Below, in pieces: positions 55,719 through 64,000 of a stretch of DNA of 64,000 bases. Each line of letters starts with the position of its first letter. Position 1 is the stretch's first letter. The position numbers and the translations under genes were made by a program. Source of the DNA: a virus; the IMG/VR virus record IMGVR_UViG_3300020471_000623, positions 18,085 to 82,084 of that record; one strand, written 5' to 3'. The notes under the pieces are model-generated. The model did no database searches, was not told the origin of the DNA, and saw only the letters and a list, made by a program, of their open reading frames with translations.

Positions 55719-56082
55719 ACGTAAGAAAACAAAAGAGAAAAAGAAGCATAGAGTATATTGCACATATTTTCCTGACGGGAGATATTATATAGGTTACTCA
55801 TGCAAGACAGATAAACAATTTGAAAAATATTTTGGTAGTTCTGCTATTGTAAAAGAATCTACAGAACATTTAAAAAAGGAAATTATAGCAGAATACGAAA
55901 CAAGAGCACCTGCAAAGATGCAGGAGTTTTTATTACAATGGCAACAACGACATGATGATTGTTGTATTAATGATATGTTACATGTAAGAATACGCTCTAG
56001 TTTTTTAAAAGACTTTGAACCTATCCATTGGACACCTAGTGTAGGTATGGTTCATTTTATGGAGGAGCCTAATGGAACATAG
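55711..56082 (+). CDS. GIY-YIG (Seg-like) nuclease domain protein
   Basis: VYCT...YYIG, YFGSS, E..Q, N; late promoter TATAAATA at 55694-55701. Confidence 0.7.
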   Translation: MAKRKKTKEKKKHRVYCTYFPDGRYYIGYSCKTDKQFEKYFGSSAIVKESTEHLKKEIIAEYETRAPAKMQEFLLQWQQRHDDCCINDMLHVRIRSSFLKDFEPIHWTPSVGMVHFMEEPNGT

Positions 56083-57496
56083 AAGCTTAACATTTATTAT
56101 AGGATTATTGTTCTCAGCACTCGCCGTATCAGGTGTAGCTGCTTACTTCTCAATAGTAGGACTAATGGCAATATTTAATGGGTTGCCTTACTCTATACTT
56201 GCTATGGGGATTGTTTTGGAAATAGCAAAACTTATTACTGCCTCTTGGATTTATCAGTATTGGTCCAGAGTAAAGTTTCTAATGAAAACTTACATGGTAT
56301 TAGCAGTAGTTATTCTATCCATAATAACATCTGTAGGTATATTTGGTTTTCTATCTAAAGCACACATAGAACAATCAGGACTAGCAGGCAATGCTGGTGC
56401 AGAAGTAACTCGTATAGAACAATTAATAGAACGAGAGCAGGGTAAAATAGAAGTAGCAGAAGAACGTATAGAAAGAATAGAGGCAGGCGGAACATTAGAT
56501 ATAACAGAAAGCATACGACAACAGGAAGAAATACGAGATACTGCATGGGATAGAGTTCAGGGTGATATAACATACGCCGAGAATCAAATTGAGTCTATTA
56601 GGTCTAATTTGAACCAAGATATAGATCAAAAGGAGCAAGAATTAGCAGAATTAGACGCTATTGTAGAGTCTTATACAAGTCAAGGAACTACAGGTAATCT
56701 AATAAACAGAACAGACAATGTAGCAAAGGGTATAGAAGTTAGAGAGAGCCAGAAAGTAGAACGTGAACTTATAGCAGATGAGATAGATGAACTTAGAACT
56801 TATGCTGAGGAACAAATAGCCAGCTATCGTAATCAAATAGCAGAATATAGAGCTGATACACAAACTACAATAGACAATGCCAATGCTGAAATAAACCGTC
56901 TAAGGGACAATGAGAGTGTCTCACAGGACAATAAAGACGAACAAATAGACAATATACAAGCAAAAATAGATGAGGCATATGATAAGATAGACGAATATAA
57001 TGTCACACTATTTGATAAAAGATCTATTGTCAGAGAATTAGAACAAGAAGTGGGTCCTATTAAATATGTAGCACAATTACTATATGGAGATGACTCGGCG
57101 AACAGCATCGACTCTGCAGTCCTTATACTAATACTATTGCTTATATTTGTATTTGACCCACTTGCCATTGTATTAGTTATTGCAGCTAATCTAAGTTTTA
57201 AAGAAAGATCAGGACAACTGATTACTCCTGTTAAACTAGAAGATTCTGTTGTTGACTTTGTGCATGAGGACTTACCAGAAGAACCTGAAATACAAAGAGA
57301 GACAACCATAGGAGAACGATTAGGTGCTAAAGACGATATACATATAGAGATGACAACAGATTCTCCTAAGGAAGAAGTAATAGGAGATGATTGGGTCAGT
57401 GATAAGTATGGACCAGAAGCAAGTATGGACGCTAAAAAAGAGAAAGACTTGCAATGGTTAATTGATAAAAAACTGAGAGGTAAAGATGCCAAATAA
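56072..57496 (+). CDS. Membrane-anchored coiled-coil protein
   Basis: Three N-terminal TMs (AAYFSIVGL, LEIAK, TSVGIFGFLSKAH), long coiled coil, EVGPIKYVA, VFDPLA TM. Confidence 0.8.
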   Translation: MEHRSLTFIIGLLFSALAVSGVAAYFSIVGLMAIFNGLPYSILAMGIVLEIAKLITASWIYQYWSRVKFLMKTYMVLAVVILSIITSVGIFGFLSKAHIEQSGLAGNAGAEVTRIEQLIEREQGKIEVAEERIERIEAGGTLDITESIRQQEEIRDTAWDRVQGDITYAENQIESIRSNLNQDIDQKEQELAELDAIVESYTSQGTTGNLINRTDNVAKGIEVRESQKVERELIADEIDELRTYAEEQIASYRNQIAEYRADTQTTIDNANAEINRLRDNESVSQDNKDEQIDNIQAKIDEAYDKIDEYNVTLFDKRSIVRELEQEVGPIKYVAQLLYGDDSANSIDSAVLILILLLIFVFDPLAIVLVIAANLSFKERSGQLITPVKLEDSVVDFVHEDLPEEPEIQRETTIGERLGAKDDIHIEMTTDSPKEEVIGDDWVSDKYGPEASMDAKKEKDLQWLIDKKLRGKDAK

Positions 57497-57833
57497 AGAT
57501 ATAAAAGGTGATAATACAGAAATACAATACGAGCCACAACGTAATGACGATGCATGGCAAAATGCTGTATTAGAACATACAAAATTAGGTTATTCTATGT
57601 TTAGAATACACAAAGCTAATGGTGAAGTCAGGGAAATGATATGCACACTAAAAACAGATCTTATTCCTGAAACAAAAACAACCACAACAAAGTCTACAAA
57701 AGGCAATCTAACAGTATATGATCTTGAAAAAGAGGGCTGGAGAACAGTCAAATTCGACAGAGTTATATTTTGGAAGATGCTAGCAGACTATCCCGAACCA
57801 GAAAAAACAAGTAATTTTACCAAAAGAGACTAA
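57486..57833 (+). CDS. SH3/WYL-like beta-barrel protein
   Basis: KANGEVREMICTL, VYDLEKEGWR. Confidence 0.7.
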   Translation: MPNKDIKGDNTEIQYEPQRNDDAWQNAVLEHTKLGYSMFRIHKANGEVREMICTLKTDLIPETKTTTTKSTKGNLTVYDLEKEGWRTVKFDRVIFWKMLADYPEPEKTSNFTKRD

Positions 57834-57839
57834 ATTACC

Positions 57840-57868
57840 TTGACTCTAGGTCTAGCAGGTCTTATAAT
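57840..57868 (+). promoter_or_regulatory. Sigma70-type promoter
   Basis: TTGACT-ctaggtctagcaggtct-TATAAT. Confidence 0.8.
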
Positions 57869-57897
57869 TAGTATATGAAACTAAGGAGAAGACCTTT

Positions 57898-59016
57898 ATG
57901 GCAACTAAAAAGAAACGAAGTCCGTATTATCTTACGGAACCTAATTGGGCTGAATTCAGCCTAGCAGAAACAGCAGAGAAGAAAGAAGAGGCTTGGAATA
58001 AGTCTCGATACTTTATTCATGCTGAAATTAATGGCAAAGAAACTTACAAGTCTTTTCGTAATTGGATTAAGAAAGGCTCCAAGTGGACTAAAGAAGAACA
58101 GAATATCGTATTAGGGTGTCCTGATTATTGTTTTTTATCCATAGGAGAATATGCTTGGTTCTGGGAAAAGACAGGTTACATGTTAGAAAACCAGGAGAAT
58201 TATATTTACGGCAAATATGATTACTTCAAGAAAAAGTCTGAGGAAAAGGCAGAAGAGAAAGCACAGGCAGCAGAACAAAAGAAAGCTGTCGTCAAGCCTA
58301 TTAGACGAGAACTAGATGTTATGGTTAATGCTGTTGATGAAAGTATTGACAATATAATGGAAGGTAAAAAACATGGCACACCTGTTTCCCTTACAACTTC
58401 CTGTAAACTAAACAAAGAAGAGTCTAGTCATGTTTATAATGAATATGCTAATATTCTAGATGAGTTTAAGGAATGCCAACGTGTCCGTAAGATTAAAAAT
58501 AGATCTGATTGGGACGATCAATTGGTTGAAGGTTATAGTCATGTGAATAAACCTAACATGGACAAACTTGTTCTATGGTTAGATGAGTTCTTACAAATAA
58601 TGATTACGCAACAACAACGTAAGACACCTATTAGACGTAAGAAGCCACAAGATCCTCGTAAGATAGTAGCACGTTTACGATATTTACAAGCAGATAAGGA
58701 CTTAAACATAGCATCTGTGAACCCTACAACTATACTAGGTAGCACAGAAGTATGGGTATATGATACGAAACGCCGTAGACTAGGGCTATATAAGTCTAAG
58801 GGTGATGGTGGACTAGGTGTTAAAGGCACATCAGTTACAGGTTATGATGAAGAACTATCATATGAAAAGACATTACGAAAGCCTGATGAACAGCTTAAAG
58901 TAATAATGTCTAAATCTAAAAAGGCAATACATGAAGTCGTAGGTAAGATACGTGGTAAACAAATGAAAGTTAAGACTCGTATCAATCCTAATATGCTATT
59001 GTTAAAGGTGCAATAA
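57898..59016 (+). CDS. Conserved T4-like hypothetical protein
   Basis: QLVEGYS, WVYDTKRRRL, GLGVKGT, KTLRKP, RIN; SD AAGGAG. Confidence 0.8.
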   Translation: MATKKKRSPYYLTEPNWAEFSLAETAEKKEEAWNKSRYFIHAEINGKETYKSFRNWIKKGSKWTKEEQNIVLGCPDYCFLSIGEYAWFWEKTGYMLENQENYIYGKYDYFKKKSEEKAEEKAQAAEQKKAVVKPIRRELDVMVNAVDESIDNIMEGKKHGTPVSLTTSCKLNKEESSHVYNEYANILDEFKECQRVRKIKNRSDWDDQLVEGYSHVNKPNMDKLVLWLDEFLQIMITQQQRKTPIRRKKPQDPRKIVARLRYLQADKDLNIASVNPTTILGSTEVWVYDTKRRRLGLYKSKGDGGLGVKGTSVTGYDEELSYEKTLRKPDEQLKVIMSKSKKAIHEVVGKIRGKQMKVKTRINPNMLLLKVQ

Positions 59017-59906
59017 TGATTGTCGTAGATTATAACCAAACTGCCATTGGTTCATTTATGGCAGAGGCAAAAGGCTCTGGTAGTGTAGAGCCTAACCTAG
59101 ATTTATTACGACACATGATAATTAATTCTATTCGTTCCTACAATAAACGTTGGAGTCCTGAATTTGGAGAGTTAGTTATTGCATGTGATAACAGAAAATA
59201 TTGGCGTCGTGCTATATTTCCTTATTACAAAGCAGGTAGAAAAGCATCACGACAAAAGAGTGATATGGATTGGGGTGCTATATTTGATGCTGTTAATCTT
59301 GTTCGAGATGAGATAATGGAAGTGTTTCCTTATCCTGTTATTGATGTTGATGGTGCTGAGGCAGATGATGTTATAGGCACACTAGCAGAATATAGTCAGA
59401 CAATAGGAGAACCTGGTCCTTTATTTGAAGATGAGATAACACCAGAGCCTTTTCTAATTGTATCTGGAGATCACGACTTTAAACAACTACAAAAATATAG
59501 CAATGTAAAACAATTTGCTCCAGCACAAAAGAAATGGGTAAAGATTACCGAACCTGCTGAGGTTGTGTTGAGAGAGCATATAATTATAGGTGATAAAGGC
59601 GATGGCATACCTAATATATTGTCAGCAGATAATGTATTGGTAGAAGGCATACGCCAGACACCAATTCGTAAGGTAAAACTTAACAAATGGAAATACCTGA
59701 AACCTGAAGAATGGGTATCAGGGGAGATGTCGGCAGGTTATGTAAGGAATAGCACACTCGTTGACTTGACCAAAACACCAGAAGACATCAAAGAAAGTAT
59801 TATAAATAATTACAAGTCCCAACAGGGACAAGATAGAAGTTTATTATTAGATTATTTTATGAAGAATAAAATGAAACAAATGATAGACGTTATTGATGAT
59901 TTTTGA
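59016..59906 (+). CDS. rnh: T4-type RNase H (5'-3' exonuclease)
   Basis: VDYNQ, YWRR..FPYYKAGR, AEADDVIG, SGDHDF.QL, GDKGDGIPN. Confidence 0.95.
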   Translation: MIVVDYNQTAIGSFMAEAKGSGSVEPNLDLLRHMIINSIRSYNKRWSPEFGELVIACDNRKYWRRAIFPYYKAGRKASRQKSDMDWGAIFDAVNLVRDEIMEVFPYPVIDVDGAEADDVIGTLAEYSQTIGEPGPLFEDEITPEPFLIVSGDHDFKQLQKYSNVKQFAPAQKKWVKITEPAEVVLREHIIIGDKGDGIPNILSADNVLVEGIRQTPIRKVKLNKWKYLKPEEWVSGEMSAGYVRNSTLVDLTKTPEDIKESIINNYKSQQGQDRSLLLDYFMKNKMKQMIDVIDDF

Positions 59907-59929
59907 AACTAAAACAAAGGTGAAAAATT

Positions 59930-60124
59930 ATGTTTAAATGGTTAAAAAATGTATTCTTCCCAAAACCAGAAGCACCAGCTTCAGGTGTAAGGGCAAGAGA
60001 CAAAAAAGGTCGTTACAAAGCTGACGACAAATCAACTCCAAACATTAACGAAGCTTACAAAGATGGCAAGACTCCTCCTAAGAAGAGAGGCCGTCCTAAA
60101 GGTTCTAAAAACAAGAAGAAATAA
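59930..60124 (+). CDS. Small basic protein with AT-hook-like tail
   Basis: RARDKKGRYKADD.STP..NEA and KKRGRPKGSKNK. Confidence 0.7.
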   Translation: MFKWLKNVFFPKPEAPASGVRARDKKGRYKADDKSTPNINEAYKDGKTPPKKRGRPKGSKNKKK

Positions 60125-60126
60125 CA

Positions 60127-60660
60127 ATGCAAAAGTTTAGACAAGTAGACGAAGGTCTTAATTGGGTATTCGAAGCTAGAGGCAAGAAAGCACAAATAGA
60201 CAGACTGAAGGAACTTGCAGCAAGTAATCAAACTATTGTTCCTCTTGTTAGATTGGGTGTAGGTGCCGAGAAAGCAGATTGGAATCTGCCTGAAGGCATG
60301 CCTGAGTCCACAAAAATAGAAGATGACATACCAGAAGGTATGGGTGATACAACTCTTACATTAGAATGGAGACGTATAAAACAATTTACTGACCCTACAG
60401 CTAATATAAAAAATCTTCCTACTTGGAAACAAGAAATGAATTGGATGTCTATATTAGAAGGCATGCATCATAAGGAAGCAGAGTTACTCACATACGTGAA
60501 AGACGGACAGCTTTTAAAACTTTATCCTAAAATGGAAGCTCTATTGAAAGATATAGGTATTACAGAATATTCCAAACCTAAAAAAGGATACAAGTTTAAG
60601 GACATATCTAAAAAGATGGAAGAGATGAAAGCAAAAGTAGACTTCTCAGAGAGTAAATAA
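60127..60660 (+). CDS. Conserved T4-like hypothetical protein (DUF6433-like)
   Basis: WNLPEGMP, LEGMHHKEAELL..KD, YP; position after rnh. Confidence 0.75.
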   Translation: MQKFRQVDEGLNWVFEARGKKAQIDRLKELAASNQTIVPLVRLGVGAEKADWNLPEGMPESTKIEDDIPEGMGDTTLTLEWRRIKQFTDPTANIKNLPTWKQEMNWMSILEGMHHKEAELLTYVKDGQLLKLYPKMEALLKDIGITEYSKPKKGYKFKDISKKMEEMKAKVDFSESK

Positions 60661-60668
60661 ATACTCAT

Positions 60669-61853
60669 GTGGAAAATACACAATGGGCATATGAAAACTT
60701 ACGAAGCGTTCACTTAGAACTGTCAACGCTTTGTAATTCTATATGTCCTTGGTGCCCTCGATATGTAGACTTCTCTCCTAATGTAAATCCTAATATAGTA
60801 GAAGGAGCATATACATTAGAAAGATTCAAAAGACATTTCCCTCGTGACTTTATACAACAAATAGAGTTCTGGACATTTGCTGGAGATTACGGAGACCCTT
60901 GCACATGTCCTGAGATACTTGATATAATAGAATACATATTAAGTATTAAAGATTGTAAAATGCAAATCAATACTAATGGTGGCATGAGGAATACAAAGTT
61001 CTGGCAACAACTAGGAGAACTTATGAGGGGCTCGCCAGATGAAACATATACACAATACCAGAAAAGATATGTGATATTCTCAGTTGATGGACTAGAGGAT
61101 ACTAATCACATATACAGAAGGAATGTAAAATGGCACAAAGTTATCTCGGCAATGGAAACTTACGGCGACACAGGAGCTCGAGGCATTTGGGAGTTTTTAA
61201 AATTCAAGCATAATGAACACCAAAAGGAAGAAGTATTACAATTAGCAAAAAAGTTAGGGTTTCCTGTAAGATTTAAGAATCCTAATGGCTTTGAAGGAGC
61301 ACCAATGCCAGCCAAGGATAAAGATTATAATATATCATATGAAATATATCCTGCTAAATGGCCTAGAGATGGAGATGGAACACTAGAACAGATTCCTATA
61401 AAACCATTAGAAGTTACTGATAAACAACTAGAGTTTATTAAAATGATTAATGCAGATAATTCTCCTATAAAATATAAAGACGTTGCACATATATTAGAAC
61501 AGCCAAGGAGTGGCTGTATAAACTGTCAAGCAAAAACATTTGGTGCTGGTAATGAGATAAGAATAAATCATGACGGCACAGTATGGCCTTGTAGTTTCTT
61601 TGGACATTTAAGCAGTAAGTATTTGAAAGGCAGGATTGTGTCCGTTGTCCATCGGTTTCAAGCATTAGGTATATTAGAAGGCATACAAAACAATTTAGAT
61701 AATAATACACTAAAAGAGATATTAGATAACGACCCTTTTAGAAAAGTATATGAGAGCTGGGACGATAACAGCGTTCTGTTATGTTCTCATTCATGTGGTC
61801 AAGAACAAAATACAATGGAGAAGATATATGAACGTCCTACTAACGGGAGGTAA
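60669..61853 (+). CDS. Radical SAM/SPASM-twitch enzyme
   Basis: CNSICPWCPR, GDYGDP, NTNGG, FSVDG, GTVWPCSF, C-terminal CSHSC. Confidence 0.88.
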   Translation: MENTQWAYENLRSVHLELSTLCNSICPWCPRYVDFSPNVNPNIVEGAYTLERFKRHFPRDFIQQIEFWTFAGDYGDPCTCPEILDIIEYILSIKDCKMQINTNGGMRNTKFWQQLGELMRGSPDETYTQYQKRYVIFSVDGLEDTNHIYRRNVKWHKVISAMETYGDTGARGIWEFLKFKHNEHQKEEVLQLAKKLGFPVRFKNPNGFEGAPMPAKDKDYNISYEIYPAKWPRDGDGTLEQIPIKPLEVTDKQLEFIKMINADNSPIKYKDVAHILEQPRSGCINCQAKTFGAGNEIRINHDGTVWPCSFFGHLSSKYLKGRIVSVVHRFQALGILEGIQNNLDNNTLKEILDNDPFRKVYESWDDNSVLLCSHSCGQEQNTMEKIYERPTNGR

Positions 61854-62301
61854 TAGTAAGTTTGGTGCTGAACTATCATATCAAATGTGGTCATGTAATT
61901 GGAATGTAGAATTAGTTCCAAGAGCACACTTACAGGAAGAAATACAAGTAACCAGAGAACACTATGATCTTATATTCTTTAATCATAACAAACCTGTATT
62001 CAATTGGGACTTTGATAAGTATCCTTCTGAATTATTGAAAAAGGTAACTGCTGATAGAGTAGGTTGGATGATTACAGGTGCTGCACTAAATCCTATGGAA
62101 GAACATTCTAATTATCAATATGTTGCACAGAAACAAATCTATATTAATCAGATGAAACATTATTCTAAACGATTTACAACATTTGTATTTGACCCAGGCA
62201 TTATTACTAAGGAAAATACATCTAGCATTGCTAGTGAGCTTATTAAAATATGTCAAACAGGTCCAGGCTTTTATAAAAGTTCTGTAGGATCAGGTTTGTA
62301 A
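61828..62301 (+). CDS. Short-chain dehydrogenase-like Rossmann protein (truncated)
   Basis: VLLTGGNSKFG, YVAQK (YxxxK), DPG. Confidence 0.65.
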   Translation: MNVLLTGGNSKFGAELSYQMWSCNWNVELVPRAHLQEEIQVTREHYDLIFFNHNKPVFNWDFDKYPSELLKKVTADRVGWMITGAALNPMEEHSNYQYVAQKQIYINQMKHYSKRFTTFVFDPGIITKENTSSIASELIKICQTGPGFYKSSVGSGL

Positions 62302-62798
62302 GGGTCATAGAATCTGCCCCATTGATATCCTTCTGGTAATGGTTCACTAATAGGAATAGTAGTAGTTCTACCTTCAGGAGAACAAACCCAACGTCTTCTT
62401 TCTTTGTGCATGGCAGCTTCATGCATCTTTTGTCTTGTTTCTTTTGAATGTCTTCTGCCCCACATAGGATTATTCTCTCCTATTCTTGTTCCTCTCATAG
62501 TATTAGAAACTTTTTGTTTGAAGTCAGTGTCCCTACCATTCTTTACAGCAGGATGATTAGAACCTAGTTTAGCTTCTCTAATACGTTCTAATCCTTCAGG
62601 GCTATGTTTAGCAGTTCTTTTTCTAGCGCTGTCCATAACAACAGGCTGACTCATATATAATGCTCTTTCTCTTATTATTTCTATTTGTGAGGCTCTAAAG
62701 AGAAGTTCACGAGGTTTAGGAACATCATCTATCTTTGTGTTGTCCACAATATACAGTTCACCACCGTGATTAAATAAAAAGAATAAACTAGCTTTCAT
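62271..62798 (-). CDS. NUMOD3 motif DNA-binding protein (homing-endonuclease derived)
   Basis: HSPEGLERIREAKLG, GENNPMWGRRHSKETRQKM, PEGYQWGR; no nuclease domain seen. Confidence 0.75.
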   Translation of the reverse strand: MKASLFFLFNHGGELYIVDNTKIDDVPKPRELLFRASQIEIIRERALYMSQPVVMDSARKRTAKHSPEGLERIREAKLGSNHPAVKNGRDTDFKQKVSNTMRGTRIGENNPMWGRRHSKETRQKMHEAAMHKERRRWVCSPEGRTTTIPISEPLPEGYQWGRFYDPYKPDPTELL

Positions 62799-63409
62799 CG
62801 GTCTTACCTCTTTGTTAATATTGCTAACTGGTCCATCCCGTAAGCATTTTGTTTTATTTCTATTTTTTTGTTATATTTCTCTGCATGTTCATTACATGCC
62901 TGTTGGCAACCTGGAAAATTAGGGTTACAATCATCTACATAAAACCAACCTACATCAGCATATTTTTCTAATGCTTTCCAAGTCATTTCATAATCATGTC
63001 TAGCATCATAATAAACTCCTGTAAGTTTTGCCTCAAGATCAAACTCGAATTTTTCACTCCAGGATGCTTTTATAAAATGAATATTGTTCCAACCTGCAAT
63101 ATTTTCTTTTATTTTCTTTTCTTTCTCTTTACCAGATACAACCAAACCTCTCTGTCTCATTTGATCCCACATAGCTCTTGCTTTGCCGTCATCTAGTTTC
63201 ATTGTTGCAGGAAATTCTTGATCCATACAGTTATCTACTGTTATAATTCTATAAGTCTTACCTGCTTGTTCAAATGCCTCAGCCCATACAACGGCAGATC
63301 TTCCTAGTAAACTTCCTATTTCTAATACGACACCTGTATCAGGCCAATCACTTACATCTGGAGGAGGGAAATGGAATCCATCTATCTCTGAACTAGCTTT
63401 CATCGGTCT
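62786..63409. repeat. 19-bp direct repeat flanking the methyltransferase gene
   Basis: AACTAGCTTTCATCGGTCT at 62786-62804 and 63391-63409. Confidence 0.9.
62804..63403 (-). CDS. Class I SAM methyltransferase (paralog of 26956..27534)
   Basis: LEIGSLLGRS, YYDARHDYE, VDD. Confidence 0.82.
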   Translation of the reverse strand: MKASSEIDGFHFPPPDVSDWPDTGVVLEIGSLLGRSAVVWAEAFEQAGKTYRIITVDNCMDQEFPATMKLDDGKARAMWDQMRQRGLVVSGKEKEKKIKENIAGWNNIHFIKASWSEKFEFDLEAKLTGVYYDARHDYEMTWKALEKYADVGWFYVDDCNPNFPGCQQACNEHAEKYNKKIEIKQNAYGMDQLAILTKR

Positions 63410-63999
63410 GTAGCTTTCAATATTGTTGCAAATAGGTCTGTGAATAGAGCTTTCTTTTCAAATATATTTCTGTAGTATGTGCCTTCACCACGTTTAGCTC
63501 TTATTGTTAATAATGTCTTTACTTCTAACTCTCCTTTTAATTTACAATTGATATCTATCTTCGGCAAGTTCTCATCTCCCTTTCTCGTGGCATCTTGTTC
63601 CCCATATACAAAGTCAAAGTCTAAGTTCTCAAGCATTGCCTCGACATTATCTAAAGTATATTCTACAGCAAAATCCTTCTTAAGAGAAACTAATGTAACA
63701 TTCTTTTCTCCTAAGGTTACTTGTTGTCTTAGAAAGTTAGCAAATGTCTGAACCATCTTTTTATTATTCTTAGGGTCGTCGAACATCTTCTTTACAACAG
63801 GAATGACTGCCTTATACATCTCTTGAAAAGCTATAGCTGTATCTGTTTTATGGTCTTTAGTTATAAAGTAACTTTCATATTTAGCCTTTTCTAATGGTGG
63901 CTCAATACCAAATGATGAACCCCACACTTCCTTCTGGACTTCATATGTTACTCCACCAAATTGTCCAAACTGTCCTACATTACCTTTCTTCAATGATAC
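63400..63999 (-). CDS. Partial CDS (open to window edge), possible restriction-endonuclease-like fold
   Basis: Frame continues past 63993 (VSLKKG); xSLK pattern, IRAK. Confidence 0.55.
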   Translation of the reverse strand, partial: VSLKKGNVGQFGQFGGVTYEVQKEVWGSSFGIEPPLEKAKYESYFITKDHKTDTAIAFQEMYKAVIPVVKKMFDDPKNNKKMVQTFANFLRQQVTLGEKNVTLVSLKKDFAVEYTLDNVEAMLENLDFDFVYGEQDATRKGDENLPKIDINCKLKGELEVKTLLTIRAKRGEGTYYRNIFEKKALFTDLFATILKATDR

Positions 64000-64000
64000 A

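Noticed and set aside
55711-56082. Active homing endonuclease
   Set aside because: Only a short GIY-YIG-like domain with no DNA-binding tail; mobility is unsupported. A link to the stand-alone NUMOD3 ORF at 62271 is speculation.
56833-57582. 249-aa minus-strand ORF and other antisense ORFs in the track
   Set aside because: They shadow well-supported + strand genes and have the Ser/Ile/Leu/Phe-rich composition of antisense frames.
1-64000. tRNA, rRNA, CRISPR array or stop-codon reassignment
   Set aside because: No cloverleaf or spaced repeat array seen in the few gaps; core genes are intact in the standard code and all three stops are used.
1-64000. Apparent avoidance of GATCC (many Asp-Pro pairs use GAC CC)
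   Set aside because: GATCC does occur (e.g. near 8086, 16638, 31902) and depletion cannot be quantified by eye; it needs a k-mer observed/expected calculation.

Overview
The window is a 64-kb, AT-rich segment of a T4-like myophage genome, probably marine. The host is probably a Gram-negative gammaproteobacterium, inferred from the NfuA, FdxA, TonB-receptor and spanin genes. Almost all genes are on the + strand. The T4 replication/recombination core is present (gp47, gp46, gp45, gp44, gp62, regA, gp43, uvsX, gp41, gp61, rnh, thyX, nrdA/nrdB), mixed with many accessory genes. These include a 7-deazaguanine cluster (QueD, a DpdL-like QueD paralog, a glycosyltransferase), a BtuB-like TonB receptor, a VWA/CobS pair, a ferredoxin, three radical SAM enzymes, NfuA, methyltransferases, Hsp20 and spanins. 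A late block encodes basic, modular, probably virion-packaged proteins. The main signals missing from the ORF track are: (1) a probable -1 frameshift at an A9G run extending the 865-aa modular protein; (2) a 17-aa, 8-Cys micro-ORF behind nfuA; (3) a roughly 270-nt structured leader with a ROSE-like hairpin before hsp20; (4) sigma70-type promoters sharing a spacer motif; (5) probable leaderless transcripts; (6) a 19-bp direct repeat bracketing one methyltransferase gene. No tRNA, rRNA or CRISPR array was seen. All calls come from reading motifs by eye; no database searches were run.
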